Assembly: GCA_000934665.2 (NCBI GenBank)
Contig: KZ538205.1
Coordinates: 1-64,000 of the forward strand
Reading direction: 5' to 3'
Length of the DNA: 64,000 bases
From: Catajapyx aquilonaris
Taxonomy: Eukaryota
A program made the translations under genes and the position numbers. How positions within the stretch are numbered: the stretch's first letter is position 1; every line of letters starts with the position of its first letter. Positions 27,701 through 41,200 of this stretch are shown piece after piece. A model generated the notes under the pieces. That model had not been told where the DNA came from, did not search any database, and saw nothing but the letters and a program-made list of their open reading frames with translations.

Positions 27701-28029
27701 ATATGCATCACGCCGGAACAGCCGGTAATATCTTGCACTTTGACTTGGCTATGGATTTTTGAAACAAATTAATAACTCACAATATAAATAGGCCAGTGGC
27801 TAAAAATCGTACCAATTCATAATATAAAACAGTTGATTTCAATAGATTATTAATTACCAGATATTTGTGATATATTGCACTGTGCTTATTAAGTTAACCG
27901 CCAGCATTTCATTGTTACATATGGTTTGTTGAAAAATTAATCAAAAAAGCATAAGCAGACGCTAACATGTTACAGTCATTGAGTATAGCAAAGGGGATAT
28001 TATTCCCCACATGTCTTTTACAGGCAAAT

Positions 28030-28448
28030 AAATATCCGACAGTGACCAATATTCATATTGACGTGTGTGACTCCAGTTTGGCTGACAAATTCCGTCCCTG
28101 CATATGTTACATCATACATATGGTGGAAAAAGGTGATAACCCTGATTTTTGTAATTTTTGACCTAAACGCCCAGCAACTCTGTAAAAGACATGACAAACA
28201 GTTTGGTATACTCCAATTTCACTTATGCACGAGACGGCAACACGGACTACATCAAAACCAGTATTCCCTATGATTTGTGAAGAGAGTACATACTTCAATT
28301 AGCTCTCCTGAAAAATTACACTTTTGTGGGTTATCACCCTTTTCCACCACACCCCTCATATCACTTTCAGGCATGACTTGTATAGATCGAGTATCGAAAA
28401 AGTGTGGATGTACCAGTGTAGTATAGGTACAAGTAAGCGCGGATATTT
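28030..28448. mobile_element. Degenerate inverted-repeat element
   Basis: TGGTGGAAAAAGGTGATAACCC (~28121) and GGGTTATCACCCTTTTCCACCA (~28328) are inverted copies; outer AAATATCCG / CGGATATTT. Boundaries approximate. Confidence 0.45.
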
Positions 28449-29213
28449 CCAGGGGCAGATTTGTTGAGATTTTAAGTAACACATATGTAGGCCTCTGCAG
28501 GAACGACATTCCCAATAGAGAACTTGAAATTCTTATGTGCTTTCAATAGAGAGCTTTGCAATATGAATGTAACATGGGTTGGCAGTCACGGTTTACGCGT
28601 ATACACTCTAAAATGATAAGCAATGAAAGCGAAAAGGTAATCCAAATTACCCAACACAAAGTATACGTCATACTCCATAAGCTACAGAACTGCGCTCAAA
28701 GTTGACTGCTCATCTGTCATTTTTGACATAAAGTGACTGAAGTAATAGTCAAATGTGACTGATGAGCACGTTCAGATTCAACGTATGTTCAGAAGTTTAG
28801 ATTTGGACGGCTATATTGATTTTGTTTTGTCAACTATTCTTTGAGTGTACCTTACAATATACAAGGGTGAAGCGTCAAGATATGACAAATCAACTACATA
28901 TTGTGCACATCGTTTTTCAAAAGTAAATGCCACACATCTCTTGCTACATGCTGCACGAAGAGTACATGAAGTGTCTTACACAGCGTAAAATGTGTCTGGC
29001 GACTTTAAAGTGGCTACAACTCATATAAAAAAATACCACCTGGCGCCTTCGCTAACTATATATCGGCTGACTGTATAGTGATATGGAATTCTGTGGAATA
29101 ACTTTATATCACACTGAACACCGCTATCCGATTAGGCCTGCGATACACACGCTGAGCTTCCAGCACACAACTTTGAGGTCATTTTTTGTCACCCGTGTCA
29201 CTCGCGCTCTTCT

Positions 29214-32200
29214 TCAGAGCTGGTCCGTGATGGTGTTGGTCGTGTGACCAGCTCCGTTCGTGTCTTTCGCCTGCTCCAAGACGGCCATTTCGGCCGTGTT
29301 GGCAGCTGCGGAACTTCCGTTGGCCACGGACACCATTGTGGTGAGGCCTGTTGGAGGAGGCGACACTGGTGGTTGGTGTCCGTGGTTGTGGTTGTTGGGC
29401 ACGGAGTGGCTTCTGGACCCCTTCCTGCCCGCGGGCGAGTCCATGAAGGAGCAGTGGGTTGACACTGTGCTGCGGCCCAGGAACATGGACCCGCGAGGAC
29501 CTCGCCGGTACTGAGGGTAACGCTGCTCCATGAAGCGGCCGTAGGTGCGTTGCAGCAGGAAGTGAACCTGATGGGGCACAAGAGGAACAGGGCGGGTTGG
29601 GATCGGGCTCCTACAGGGTTTATTTCTCTCTTTCTCGCCAGGGAAAAGGATGGTGCATCGGTACCTAAGCATGTACAGTGCGAAGCTGGCAAAAAGCTAG
29701 TCAAGAAGCCGCAAAAAGCAGTCTACTCAGTCTGTATGGATTGCACAATTGAAACCGGCCATTTATACAATTCAGAGTATTCAAAATAAATTCATTTCTC
29801 CTCAGTCGTGTATGTCATGACTTAGCTGGAAGAGGATATGTACGAGTATATAATTATGATGTCACCTAGAACCTAATAAGTAGCAGTAGGTAATTTGGTC
29901 CAGCATGAACTTTGTACTTTTTCCTAAGAAGATTCTGATACTGGGAAGAGCGGACACTGGGTCGAGTTCGTCCCACTGCTAACTTATAGCAGTAGGCTAC
30001 GAGTGTTGGAAGTAGTATTGCTAAGTTAGCAGTGGGACGAAAATTCGACCCTATGTGTCTTTTAAATTGTAAATCGAACTTAAAAGACACAGGAGCACTT
30101 CTCTGATTGGTTCGTGCATTCTCAGGAAAAGGCAAAAAGCAGCTACTTTTTTCCTTTAATTTGAAAGGAAGAGTGTACTTTTAGCCATGAAAATTCAGAA
30201 TCAGGTAATGCGATTTGTTGTGGACATCCTGCGAATAGAGTGTGTTTCGCAATGTGCTACTATTAAGCAAAACAACTGCCACTTTCACCAATTGTAGTTA
30301 AAATAAGTCAGTCTAACTCTTGGTACTCGGAGTGGACGGGTAACATCGCAGGCGAGAAACGTGCACGAATTTTTTTCTGGGGCCGTCCACTCTATTCCAG
30401 CATGTAAATCATTATCACGCATCCGTAACCAGCTCTATACTAATTACTGCAAGACTGGGGCCTCTTCGGACCGTGAATTTTAAAACCAGCTTAAAGTCCG
30501 ATTTCCCCCCCCTCCCCCCCAACTGGCTGAGTCCTCCCACATGGACGGCCCCTCAGAGGATAACACTGAAGGAGAGGTATATATATAGGAATGGTGTCGT
30601 GGGATGGAGACTTCTTGGTCCAATCATCATCTAGCGTAGCCGGTAAATGTCCCAGGAGCGGGCCAGGAGGGAGAGGATCTGAAGAGAAAGAGAGAAAAAA
30701 AGAGCCACCATGGCGCCCAAAATTGTACTAGTCTCCACAGCATCAAGTAGCCTGCTACAGTTAGAATGGGTTAGAGGGTTTCCTACTTGTGAGAGATATG
30801 GTTGTCAAGTGTCACCTTCCGCACTCACAGTTAATTACATCAGCGTGGAAATGGGCCCTCCGCATTTTGCAGGAAGGTCACGAATAGTCTGGGATAGTGC
30901 AACCCTAGACATTGCACCTCTTGTCCAGCTTACGTGACTGGGATGGGGTTAATTAGGTGACGGGATCCGGTGTAGCAAAGCCGTACACGTACTGAGGGCC
31001 AAGTTGCATGAGCGATGTTGTTGGGGCTGTCAAATCAGATACGGCCGCCGGGCTAGGAAATGCAATTTGTAGACCACAAAATCTGCTTAGATTTGCTTTT
31101 CCGCATTGGGATGTATTGTTGATGGAGACAATTTGTGTTCACAGTGCCCTGCAGTTGCAGACAAACTGAGCAATATGAAGAGAATGGGGGCAGATCCTCT
31201 GAGCATTCCCCCATTTTGAACTGGCGACTTGGGTAGTGTACCACCCTGCTGTATTATACTGGAGCTACATAGTGAAATTGGCTGCTGATGACGGGATAGG
31301 CGAGGCGTAAAAAGCGTATCTTCCTGAGACACAAAGCTCTTCCTAAGTGATCACTTCCTGCCTCTTATCAAGAGAAGAATGTCAACGTGGTGAGGTAATT
31401 AAAGCTTTGACAGTGCTTCTCCCGCAGCTTTATGTTTCGAGCTCGGTGATGAAGTAGGTCGATTTCGGATAATATTGACTCATTAGAGACCGGAGAAAAA
31501 AAGGCTGAAGTAGCAGTAATTTTCCTTCAAATGATTCAATCCACCTGAAGGAAAATATGCTTTTCAACATGTGCGATAAACCTCTGGACTGAAGACGGTC
31601 TTTAGGGTGCATTTATCACTGCTCTTGGGCAGGATCCCAGAGACTAATGACCAGGAGAAGACTGGTCGGCCTAACTTGAAGGTTGTGAAATCAATCTCCT
31701 TCTCTTCCACCATTTTATTCCATAAGTTTCCAATTCCGTTAGTCCCAAGATAGATATACCTTCAGACCTGCTGAACTCCAGCCAAATCAGTCACATGCTC
31801 AACAACAGATGCGCTCAACTGGATCAAGGCCATCGTTATCCTGGCTGTTATGCAACCTCACACTTGTACACCGGGACGTATAACTTGAAGGCGCGAAAAT
31901 ATTGCACATGTGCTTTGTATTCGACTTGCTCTTGAAGTGTTTCGTACTGAATGGAAGCAGTACTGACGTGGTGGTTATAAAGGCTGTGAAGGCGACATAT
32001 AGTGAAAAGTGTCAAAGCTGAGTCACACCGTTTCCGAAAAAAAATTCTTTACATAAGAGGTATTCATTGTAAGCGACAGAAATGCATGGAAAAACCTGCC
32101 ATGGGACCAAACAAAAGTTGGTAATGGGCAAGTCTAGCAGTATTCGTGGTCCATTGTACTCAGGGTTTTTTTTTTTACTGCAGTACTGTTATTGGCATAG

Positions 32201-35200
32201 TCGGGCTTTGAAAAATCGACCATGCACGGCTTGCATACTGGCGTACATGCTGTAAGCCCTGTTTTGATTGTAATCGACTAGAAAGGTCATGCGGGCCTTA
32301 TGTTGCGCCATAAAATGTGTCTTTACTAATTAGCTATTTTTTACATTTTTTAAGTATTAGGCTGAGTAGGCGCATTCATACAGCCCTGAATTGAAATGAT
32401 TACAGAGCTTAAAATATTGGAGTCAACAATTGCGACTCATTTGCAGCCGAGATCAGGGGTTCAACTCATAATTTGTGGACTACACTTTAACAGGGCCTTT
32501 AACCCTGTAATGCCACTAATCTAAGTAATCCCCACTGGGTCATATCTGGCACACCATTTAGTGCAATTTTTGCAACTTTTGCAATTTTTATATTTTCTGT
32601 AAGTGTGCCAAATTGCACTAAATGGTGTGCCAGATATGACCCAAGGGGCATTACAGGGTTAAAGATGCCCCCACGTTAATATTACTAGGTAAAATCTTCG
32701 ACAACTTCTAAAAATAGATGCCTCATAATAAGATAGTGTCCTAAAATCGAAGAGGCACACATATAATTTATATTTTTTGAAAAAGTAGCCCACTCTTTTT
32801 GCAAGAAGATACATAATTACTATTACCTGCTATTATGACTAATTATTTTTCAAAAGGAACCCTACTTATGGTTGTGAGTCTGAGCGAAGGAATGTACAAT
32901 ATTGTGTACGCTAGTGACCAATCCCTCTCTATACTGTCTATTTTTATAACTGCAGTAATTTGTGGCTAGACTGTAATCCAAACAGTATTCCGCAGACCTG
33001 CAGTACACTATTAAGCACAGACTGGTGCTTGCCACTGTACTACATTTTATGCAGTAGCAGGCCATATTTATGACCTAAAACGGTACATTAATTATCATGT
33101 GGTTAGCGGTCTGGACATTTCACTCGGAGAATCCGAACAGTTAGTTTCGTGATTTTACCACTGGAACCTTCGAGTTAATCGAATCGACTCCGTGCAGTAA
33201 CCTACAGATGATGGTAATGCGTGAGAGAACAGCAAATGACGAAGCGATTTGCCTCCCAACTGTATATAGGTTGCCTTTGATGTGCGTTTACGCCTAGTGA
33301 ACCTTGCATGTACTACAGTAGTTTCTAACACATAAGCTGTAAGAGCAAGTGGAGTAAAAGCCAGCTCAGGGAGGAGCAGCAGATTTACGACTTGTGTAGT
33401 TCTTTGGCAAGCGTGCTTACTCGGTCCAGCCTTTTAGATCTTATCAGATCAATTGAACCATTTCCCCTTTAAGGGGCCACCTTTGAAGGCTTTTGAGCAG
33501 ACTTGCAATCCCGAGGGCGAGAAAAAGGAGCATTTAGAGACTAGACACGTTCGTGGACTTGTGAATGTTGTTGTTGTTGTGAGGGGGGGGGGGATGCTGC
33601 AGGATTGCTCGGTTAATTGGGCGGTGATGCAATCAGGTCGGCGGAAAACCCCTTGCAGGACATCACAGACTCAGCTTACATTGGCAATTACCGCAGTGCA
33701 AATGGCACGTCACAGTAAAGGCATGCGGGGGCGAGAGAGTCCGGAAATTAATCGAAAAGGCTTGGCGACACAGTTTTTGGACATGCCAGCGTTAACGGGC
33801 TGATTAAAATTTTATCGGGGAATTTAGGTGCAGCTAAGATGAGTACTGTTTTGCACCACCTCAGTTTTTAAAGCTGTCACTAACAGTTGGGCACTAAATC
33901 AGGAAAGGTGCTTCAGCTGCGAGTATCGAAAATCGTTCGGAAAACCGTCAACTCCAAATGCGGTGTAAAGACAAATGCCATCAAGTTTCGGAAGTTGCCT
34001 GTAACAATTTGGTTGTCCAATAAGATAGCAAAGCTTACACACCGCTACTGAAATATTATCTGGCTCGCAGTCTGGCACCTTCTGTTGCTCTCTCCAATGA
34101 AATTAGTTCGTGCTGATGCCATGCGACTATTCACAGTTGAATTTGCTTCAATTAGGCTTTGCAGACAATTTTTTTTAGGAATGTAAAGACCTGCAATTAG
34201 AAGTTGTGTAACAAGGCTTATATTCACGCGCAAATTCTCAACTGAAGGCGCCAATATTAATGCTCTATATCCCGTGAAACCCTCCAGAGAATCCCGATGG
34301 CGCCGGATGTGCCAGTTCTCCCCTGCATAGCTGAATCACCTAATTACACGACGAGAGCGCTTGTAGTTTGACATTCACATTTCCTGGGTGGCATTGCCTT
34401 GTGGGATTGCCACCTCTCGAAAAGCCAATTCGTTTCCAATCACCGAACTTTAATGGTGCACGACTCTGCCGAAGGGTAATGAGATCCCCCCTATCTATGG
34501 AAAATCAATGGTAAAATTTGAAACCCAACTGTTGGTGTAAATAGACAAGAGCTGCTTGAATACTAAAAGCTGGTCCACTGCGGCACATTCGACGCTTTTA
34601 AAGAGCCGCAACTACAGTGTCTCTCATCATCCATCATTGAACTGAGCCTCGGAAGGAGCTCATCAATCAGCCCGGTTTTCGAACTCTCATCTTTCGGTCT
34701 ACTAGAACAAGCTAAGAATGACAGCCTTTTGATGAGAGCCTCACTTCAATTGCCGTCCACAATATGAAGGAATGAACTGCTGGTAGTGCTTTACGTTTCC
34801 ATTTGGAGGAGATGCATCCTTTCACCTCCGAAAAGCTAGAGAAGAATCGGGTAGCTAATTTCTTCAGCGGCCTTGGGCCAAATGCGAAGAGAAAAAAAAC
34901 ATGGTAACAAAAAGAGCGTCAAGTGCAGTCCTTACGGGACCCCTTTTCTAGTAAGAAAAAAAGGGGTCCCCGTGAGAGAAGGACGTGAGCGCACTTTTCG
35001 ATCCGGAAATGGCTAAAGTATGATCCCGTATCCTACGATGATTTATGGGTGGGCGTGAGATGAGGGGGAGATCTTTTGTGCCCCTCCGATGGGGAGAAAG
35101 GCATGAGGCGTGCGGATCTATATGGTCATAATCGTGCTGGAATCTGCCAGCAAAGATCTGTTGGATCCCAACATGATGGTGTGCCATACAGAAATGGGAT

Positions 35201-38200
35201 AAGGGCATCAGGTATAGTTTCTAACACGATTCTGCCAAAGACAGATGGGAATGGTGCAAGTTACGACGAGTATTTCGTGTACGTGCAATTTTCATTCTGG
35301 CATGATGTATTTCATGTGAGCTATCGAGTTTGCGAGTAAAGCTTTGAGGGCAATGATGCTCAGTGAGCCTTGAATCTTGGCAAGCTCTCCGGGCGTGCAG
35401 GCCATATATTTTTTTATACTAAAAGGCAGATTCACATATCGCATAAATCTCGGAGCAAATGAAATACCCCCGCTCCTCTACTGCAGCCTGGTGTATATCA
35501 CATTAGGGTTCCCACACAGCTGACGTGACCCGGCTAAACACAGTTAAAATGCTGATGATTTATAAACAGTTCGTCTGTTGATTCTGCGGCTTTTCCGTAA
35601 AAGTGCCTTGTAATTTTAAAATCACACGCGTTGCATAATCTACTGCGGAAGCTATTTGATCACTTCCGGAAAGGGCGAATTTTACGGTGGTGTCGTATGT
35701 ATGCTGAATGACGGATGTGTACAGAGCATGACACCCGTATGTGGTTATGCTCATTAAGGCGATGCTGAAATTTACATTACGTGAAGAGGAGTTTTGGCTT
35801 TAAAATGTTGGGTAAACAATCGTGAAAGTGCTTGTATACTGTACGTACAGCCCCCCAATAGAGTATACTAATAAATAAATAAATATCATACGGTTGTGCG
35901 CTAACATAAAGTAATTAAACACGTTTATGCTCAACAAACGTTGTGTTTCATACACACTTTCGAGTTATTTAGCTCTATGTTTGAATTTCAAAAAAGGTAC
36001 CGGTATAGCCACTGCAATTTTTGTTTATTTTGGCCCACTTACTAGACATTTACTGAGGCAGAACGGCTTCATTATGGGGTTGAAAATGCACTTACGAACT
36101 CAAGGAATTTCGCAGAAAACCAGCAATTAAACCAAAGCAGGTATACTGTACAGCATAGCTTTCTAACCCCATTACCAGGCCCAACGAAACAGCAAGAAAA
36201 ATGTGCATATAGCTGGTAAATGACCGGGATTTTCAGCTTTACCGAAGAATATCGCGTTGGATAATCTTCAATTTTATGCCGGTCGTGCTGTACTGTAACT
36301 ATATAACACAAGAGGGCACTCGTAATTCGCTTACAGTTTAGCCGAGCTTTGATGCTATTATGCAGTATTATAACCCCATTGAATGCATGAAATTTTCAAA
36401 GTGTGATTTTTCTGACAGCGAGGCACAATAACGACATTATATGGGGGACACTATGCGTTTCAAATAGCGCTCATGTGCAACTAGCTTGGCAGCATTTACA
36501 GGGTGCATAAACTCCAGAATAGACTCATGTAATAATATATATGTTGGCTATATCCACGACAAAGTGTTATATTTACTGACTTATACGCAAAGGATTTGTT
36601 TATTCCAGCAATCACTTTGAAGGCATGATTTGTGAATGTGATACCGATTGTAGCTTCTTAGGAGTTTCTTTTGGCTTTTACGTGTACTTATTTCAATTGT
36701 AAATTTCCTCCCTTCGGCAAATGCGCAGCACTTTGTTATTCACACAAGTCCGGATTGGGTCGTGAGTCGCGCAGCCTATTGGTGTAATGGATTTCCCTCT
36801 GAGAAACCTCGACAACCTATTTCCTCTCTCGTGACGACATATCTCAGTGTAATCCCCGCCGACATGCCAACTTTGTCTCGCATTGTTTCCCTAAAAGCAG
36901 CGGACTTTCGATCCAATTTACCGAAGTAGCTGCACCTCCGGGTCTCTCTCCTGGTACGACACCTCTCGACAGTGGATGCTAGCCCAACCACCTGCGTGTC
37001 ATCAATCGCGTAAATGGGGACACCACAAAAACTCATTGGAAAATCCAAGAGTTTAATCCGAGTAGTATTTGATTGTCCCGCACGTGTCGCAATAATTATT
37101 CTAGTGTTACGACTTACGACACACGTATTGAATTGTAGAAACGATTTTCCTTTTCAAGCAGTTGCCAGGGGCAGTCGCTGGAAAAGGAAAAGGATTCGGC
37201 TGGAAATCGATGTTTGTGGGACACAGGACACAATCCCCACGCTTCCCTTGTGACTTGTTGCATCTGTCTCAACTGCCAGTCAGTTATGGGTTGGGGGGGG
37301 GGGGGAACTAACGAGCGGGCTTCCTCTTCATTACATTGCAAGTTGACTCATGTAAAGTGTCGGATTTCACCCCGTAGAAAGAGATCCGTAATGCTCAGCA
37401 AAATTGAGTATTGTATAGCGAGATGTGCTGATTCGGAGAGGCATTTTCGATAATGCGGCTGCGACAAGGACAACGGATGTCGTTGACCTATTTCAGAGGG
37501 ACTGAGTGCTTGCAACTAAGGGTTACTAGCGTAAGGTTTAGCAGCATAATAAATTTAAAGCAGGGTGGCCCAAGTGACACTGTAAAACAAATTACTTGCA
37601 AAATTTCAATTATATTTTGTCTCCAAACATGTTTGTACAAATGCCCTACTGATTATTATTGTTTGTTGTGAGAGTCAGCTCTTTATTGTTCCAGCAAGAA
37701 TAGGTTTACCAGGAAAAATTGTTGTGTAACTTCATCATACTGGTTTTTCTGTCAGAGGAGTAGGCTCTATTTCACTCACGGGTAATGAGGTCATTTGAGC
37801 CACCCATGTGGTCAGGTCTCTAGGGCGAACTACCACAATATGTGACATTTCACACCACTTTTTTGAAATTTGTGTGCACTGCCTGAGGCAAACAGGACTT
37901 TCATGTCGCCCTGAAAATATTAAAGTGTCAGCCCGAGAGAGCCCAACAATTACGAGCACTTTAAATCACCCCAAAAAATGGTGCGATATGACATTGCCTA
38001 ATAGTAAGAATAAATTGTAGCTTTATATTGGACATTGAAATGATTTACCTCTCCATTGAGGTAGCAGAAGATGAGAGCGACCAGGAATCCCTGGAGGCCA
38101 TCCAGCAAATAGTTGGCGTAGTAGTAAATCTCGATCCAATCACACGCTCCGCTAGGTGGCCTGTAGATGGTGACGATGAAATGCAGGCCAAAGAGAGGCA

Positions 38201-41200
38201 CCAGCACCAACGTGGCTCGAACTGCTTTTCTGTCAGTGGACCAGATATATTGCAATTAGCCCGCAAATTTGCTAATCAGAATGAGAACGATTAACCAGAT
38301 TATTACATCATGGCGAGACTACCCGGAGATGCATTGGATTTAATGGGGGCCCCACGTGTGCGACACCGTTAATCTCTTTATTGGACACTCATTACCCAAT
38401 CCCTCGCCGAAAACAGCTAGGGTAGAATGTTACGCGGCCGCTAATTAAACGTCACTTTGTCAGCGTCAATATGTCAACCCCTTTAATGTTGACTGTGTCC
38501 ATCACAATTTGACGCGAAGGTTTGGACACAGGCTGGATGGAACCAATTGTTTCGGCGGTCAGGTTAGCCGATATGCTGGAATTTAATTGCTGACACTTTA
38601 CCTGTACTGGCTGGGCTCTTGAGCGTGGGCAGCTCGCAGCTTGGTTACCAACACTCGGATGATGTTGATGAGGAAAATCATGTTGACCTGCAAAAAAAAG
38701 AGAGCGCACCTTTAATATTTTTGCTGTTGAAGAGGCGCGAAATGAGCAGTATATCGATTCACACCATGCAGCTGTGTGACGTATTCACTTCAAAATTAAC
38801 TAATTCATTTAATTACAGAACATGTAGGATCTTCCATTCCGCTGAACTTTGTTGTTTTTCGATACAAATCCATTAAATCCTAAGTTCTATGACCGAGTGC
38901 TCTGATTGGTCCGGCATATATTGTTACCGCGAGGCTTCTGATTGGCCCCACTCACACAACAATGTGAGTAAACAATGTCAATCCTTATTCCTCCGTAGCA
39001 AAATAAGTACGGTAAAACCTTCCTGCCAGTAGCAAAACCGTCGTAAGTGATAATGAAAATTTTCCACCGTCTAGCTGGTTTTATCACCTGTTTTGCTCCC
39101 GTGGCAAGAGCCGGCCTCTAAGTCAGGGCCTCATCAGTCTGGTAGGCCACGTCCTTCTCGGAGTCACTACCTCTTTGCGGGTTGAGTCAGGCGGGAATGA
39201 AAATTTGGTGTGAGATGCGAGTGCTGCAGGTGTAATAAAAGGGATGGGGGAAAATGTGGTTCAAGGGAGGCCAGCGCATATAGGCGTGGTTCAATCAAGG
39301 GCTGTTTGCTCAGAGAGGACGAGCGGAGGTGAAGGAAGAAAATATATATATATATATATATATATATACGTGCCTGGAGAGCAGCTTCGAGCGTGCCCAA
39401 AGAGTGCGGGACATTTTGAAAGGACCCTATATTAAAACTGGGAGATGAAAAAGGCCTCGCGATTAGACCCAGGAAAAATTTATGGACCTGTTCGGAGGTC
39501 ATCAGGAAGTCTAATTTACTGAAAGTCGTAAAGTGGCTTCGGAATCTCTCTCTCTCTCAGTTCATACACACACTGCGCCATATCCCGAGAAAGGTAAAGC
39601 TGTTTCGATTTCCCCAGGTTTCGGGAGCGGAGGTCAAGTGATGAAGTGAACTGGGAGGTTACCATGGTGATCCTGTTTTCCTCTTGTCTGAAGAAGCAGC
39701 AAAGGGGTTGCTGATGGAGGTGGGTGGATACTGGGGGGGATGAAGGTTGATCAGTGTGTTTTGAGGTTCCTTGTTGTATAGCCTCAGGTATATAGCTCGG
39801 GGCGCCTCTAAGAGCCAGGAAACACTTTCCGTCTGGAGAAATAGAATTTCAATTTTTCTGCCATTTTTCCAGATAAAATGCGTTTCCTGTCTCCGGTGCA
39901 TCCGGCTTCAAAGTGTTGGAGGCAAGTCTTTCGGAATATTATTTGCATTTGCATCACGTGATAAACCATCATCCCTGAGATCTGTCGAATAAGGGAAGCG
40001 AAATGAATGTGACCCAAGTGTCTTCCTCTCTCTCTAAAAAAAAACTGGTCGTAACCCAGATTTGATTTGGAATGAAAGGCAGTAGACTCACCACTAAACT
40101 AAGTAGGTTGGGTAAGTTGACGATCCATTCGTACTCTTCGACGGGCATGACCCAGCACTGGTCGTCGGCGTAGACGGCCCTGAGGATGGCGTAGATGATG
40201 GTCGGCACCAGCGGGAAGCCTGCAGGCCAGCAAAGAGGGCAGTTGGGAAAGGATTTCATTGCCACCGACGGAGATATATACCCTCCAGGAAGCCCGTGCA
40301 AAGGGCCTAACGAAGCATGCACCTCCAATTAGCAGGCGGCTGTGTAGTTGCTCACACTGCGGTTTATGGCGCATTTGCTCGTTTTGGAGAAACTTTACGA
40401 CATGTCTTACTAGCCCGAGCCACAATTATGGCGGAGCACGCGAATTCTGAAGTTCTTCCGCAGCGATTCCTCGATTATATAGTCGTGATTCGCAACGCTT
40501 ATTACGCTCGTTTCATTATTATGTAACTAGCTGTTAGGTGGCATGAATTTGTAATAATAATAATTTAATAATACTGTACTTAAAATTGTTAATGAGAATT
40601 TTTAAATATTTTTGCATCTTTTTACCGCATCCCTCATTTTTTGAACTAATCATAAAGAAAGTGTCAAATACTGAAAGAAAACGAGTAATCTCGATTTTTT
40701 TAAAGAACTGCAGGAATGAACAGTGGCCGGATGATAGGATTCTTTTTAAGGTATGAGAAAGTCACATTACAGGAACAATGTCATTATACGTAAGTTACAT
40801 ACTGTACTTTATAGAGGATCATCCCACGCCCACATGAACACTCTGGCAGTCAATATGGGCATTATAAATGCAAGAAACGTAGCTGCATTGCGTAATAATT
40901 CGCTGTAAATAATTACTTCAAAGCTACGGTATACAGTAAGATGGTAATGAATTTTAATGCTTGTGATTAAGCCATGTTCTGATTAACATATGGCCTTCAA
41001 CGGTGTGCAGTATACCGTACTCACGGATTCAATTTAGCTTACCAAAAATAATCTCAAGTAAGATTAAAATGTTGTAGGCTAGTACACCGTCGTCCTACCA
41101 TAGTAAATTATTTTTATTAAAACTTCTGTGACATTTTCAAACCGCGGATAACGGGGCTCAGTGTATTATGCAGCTGCGAAGATCACATAAGCCTTTTTTA

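Noticed and set aside
29198..29704. 168-aa overlapping alternative-frame ORF in the GPCR last exon
   Set aside because: The GC-rich exon explains open alternative frames; only the 29567-29214 frame matches the upstream exon phase.
39085..39145. Hammerhead-ribozyme-like core on the minus strand (CTGATGA-GGCC...GGCC-G)
   Set aside because: The GAAA box is interrupted by an extra hairpin, and I could not find stem III/GUH or a stem I partner; at best a degenerate relic.
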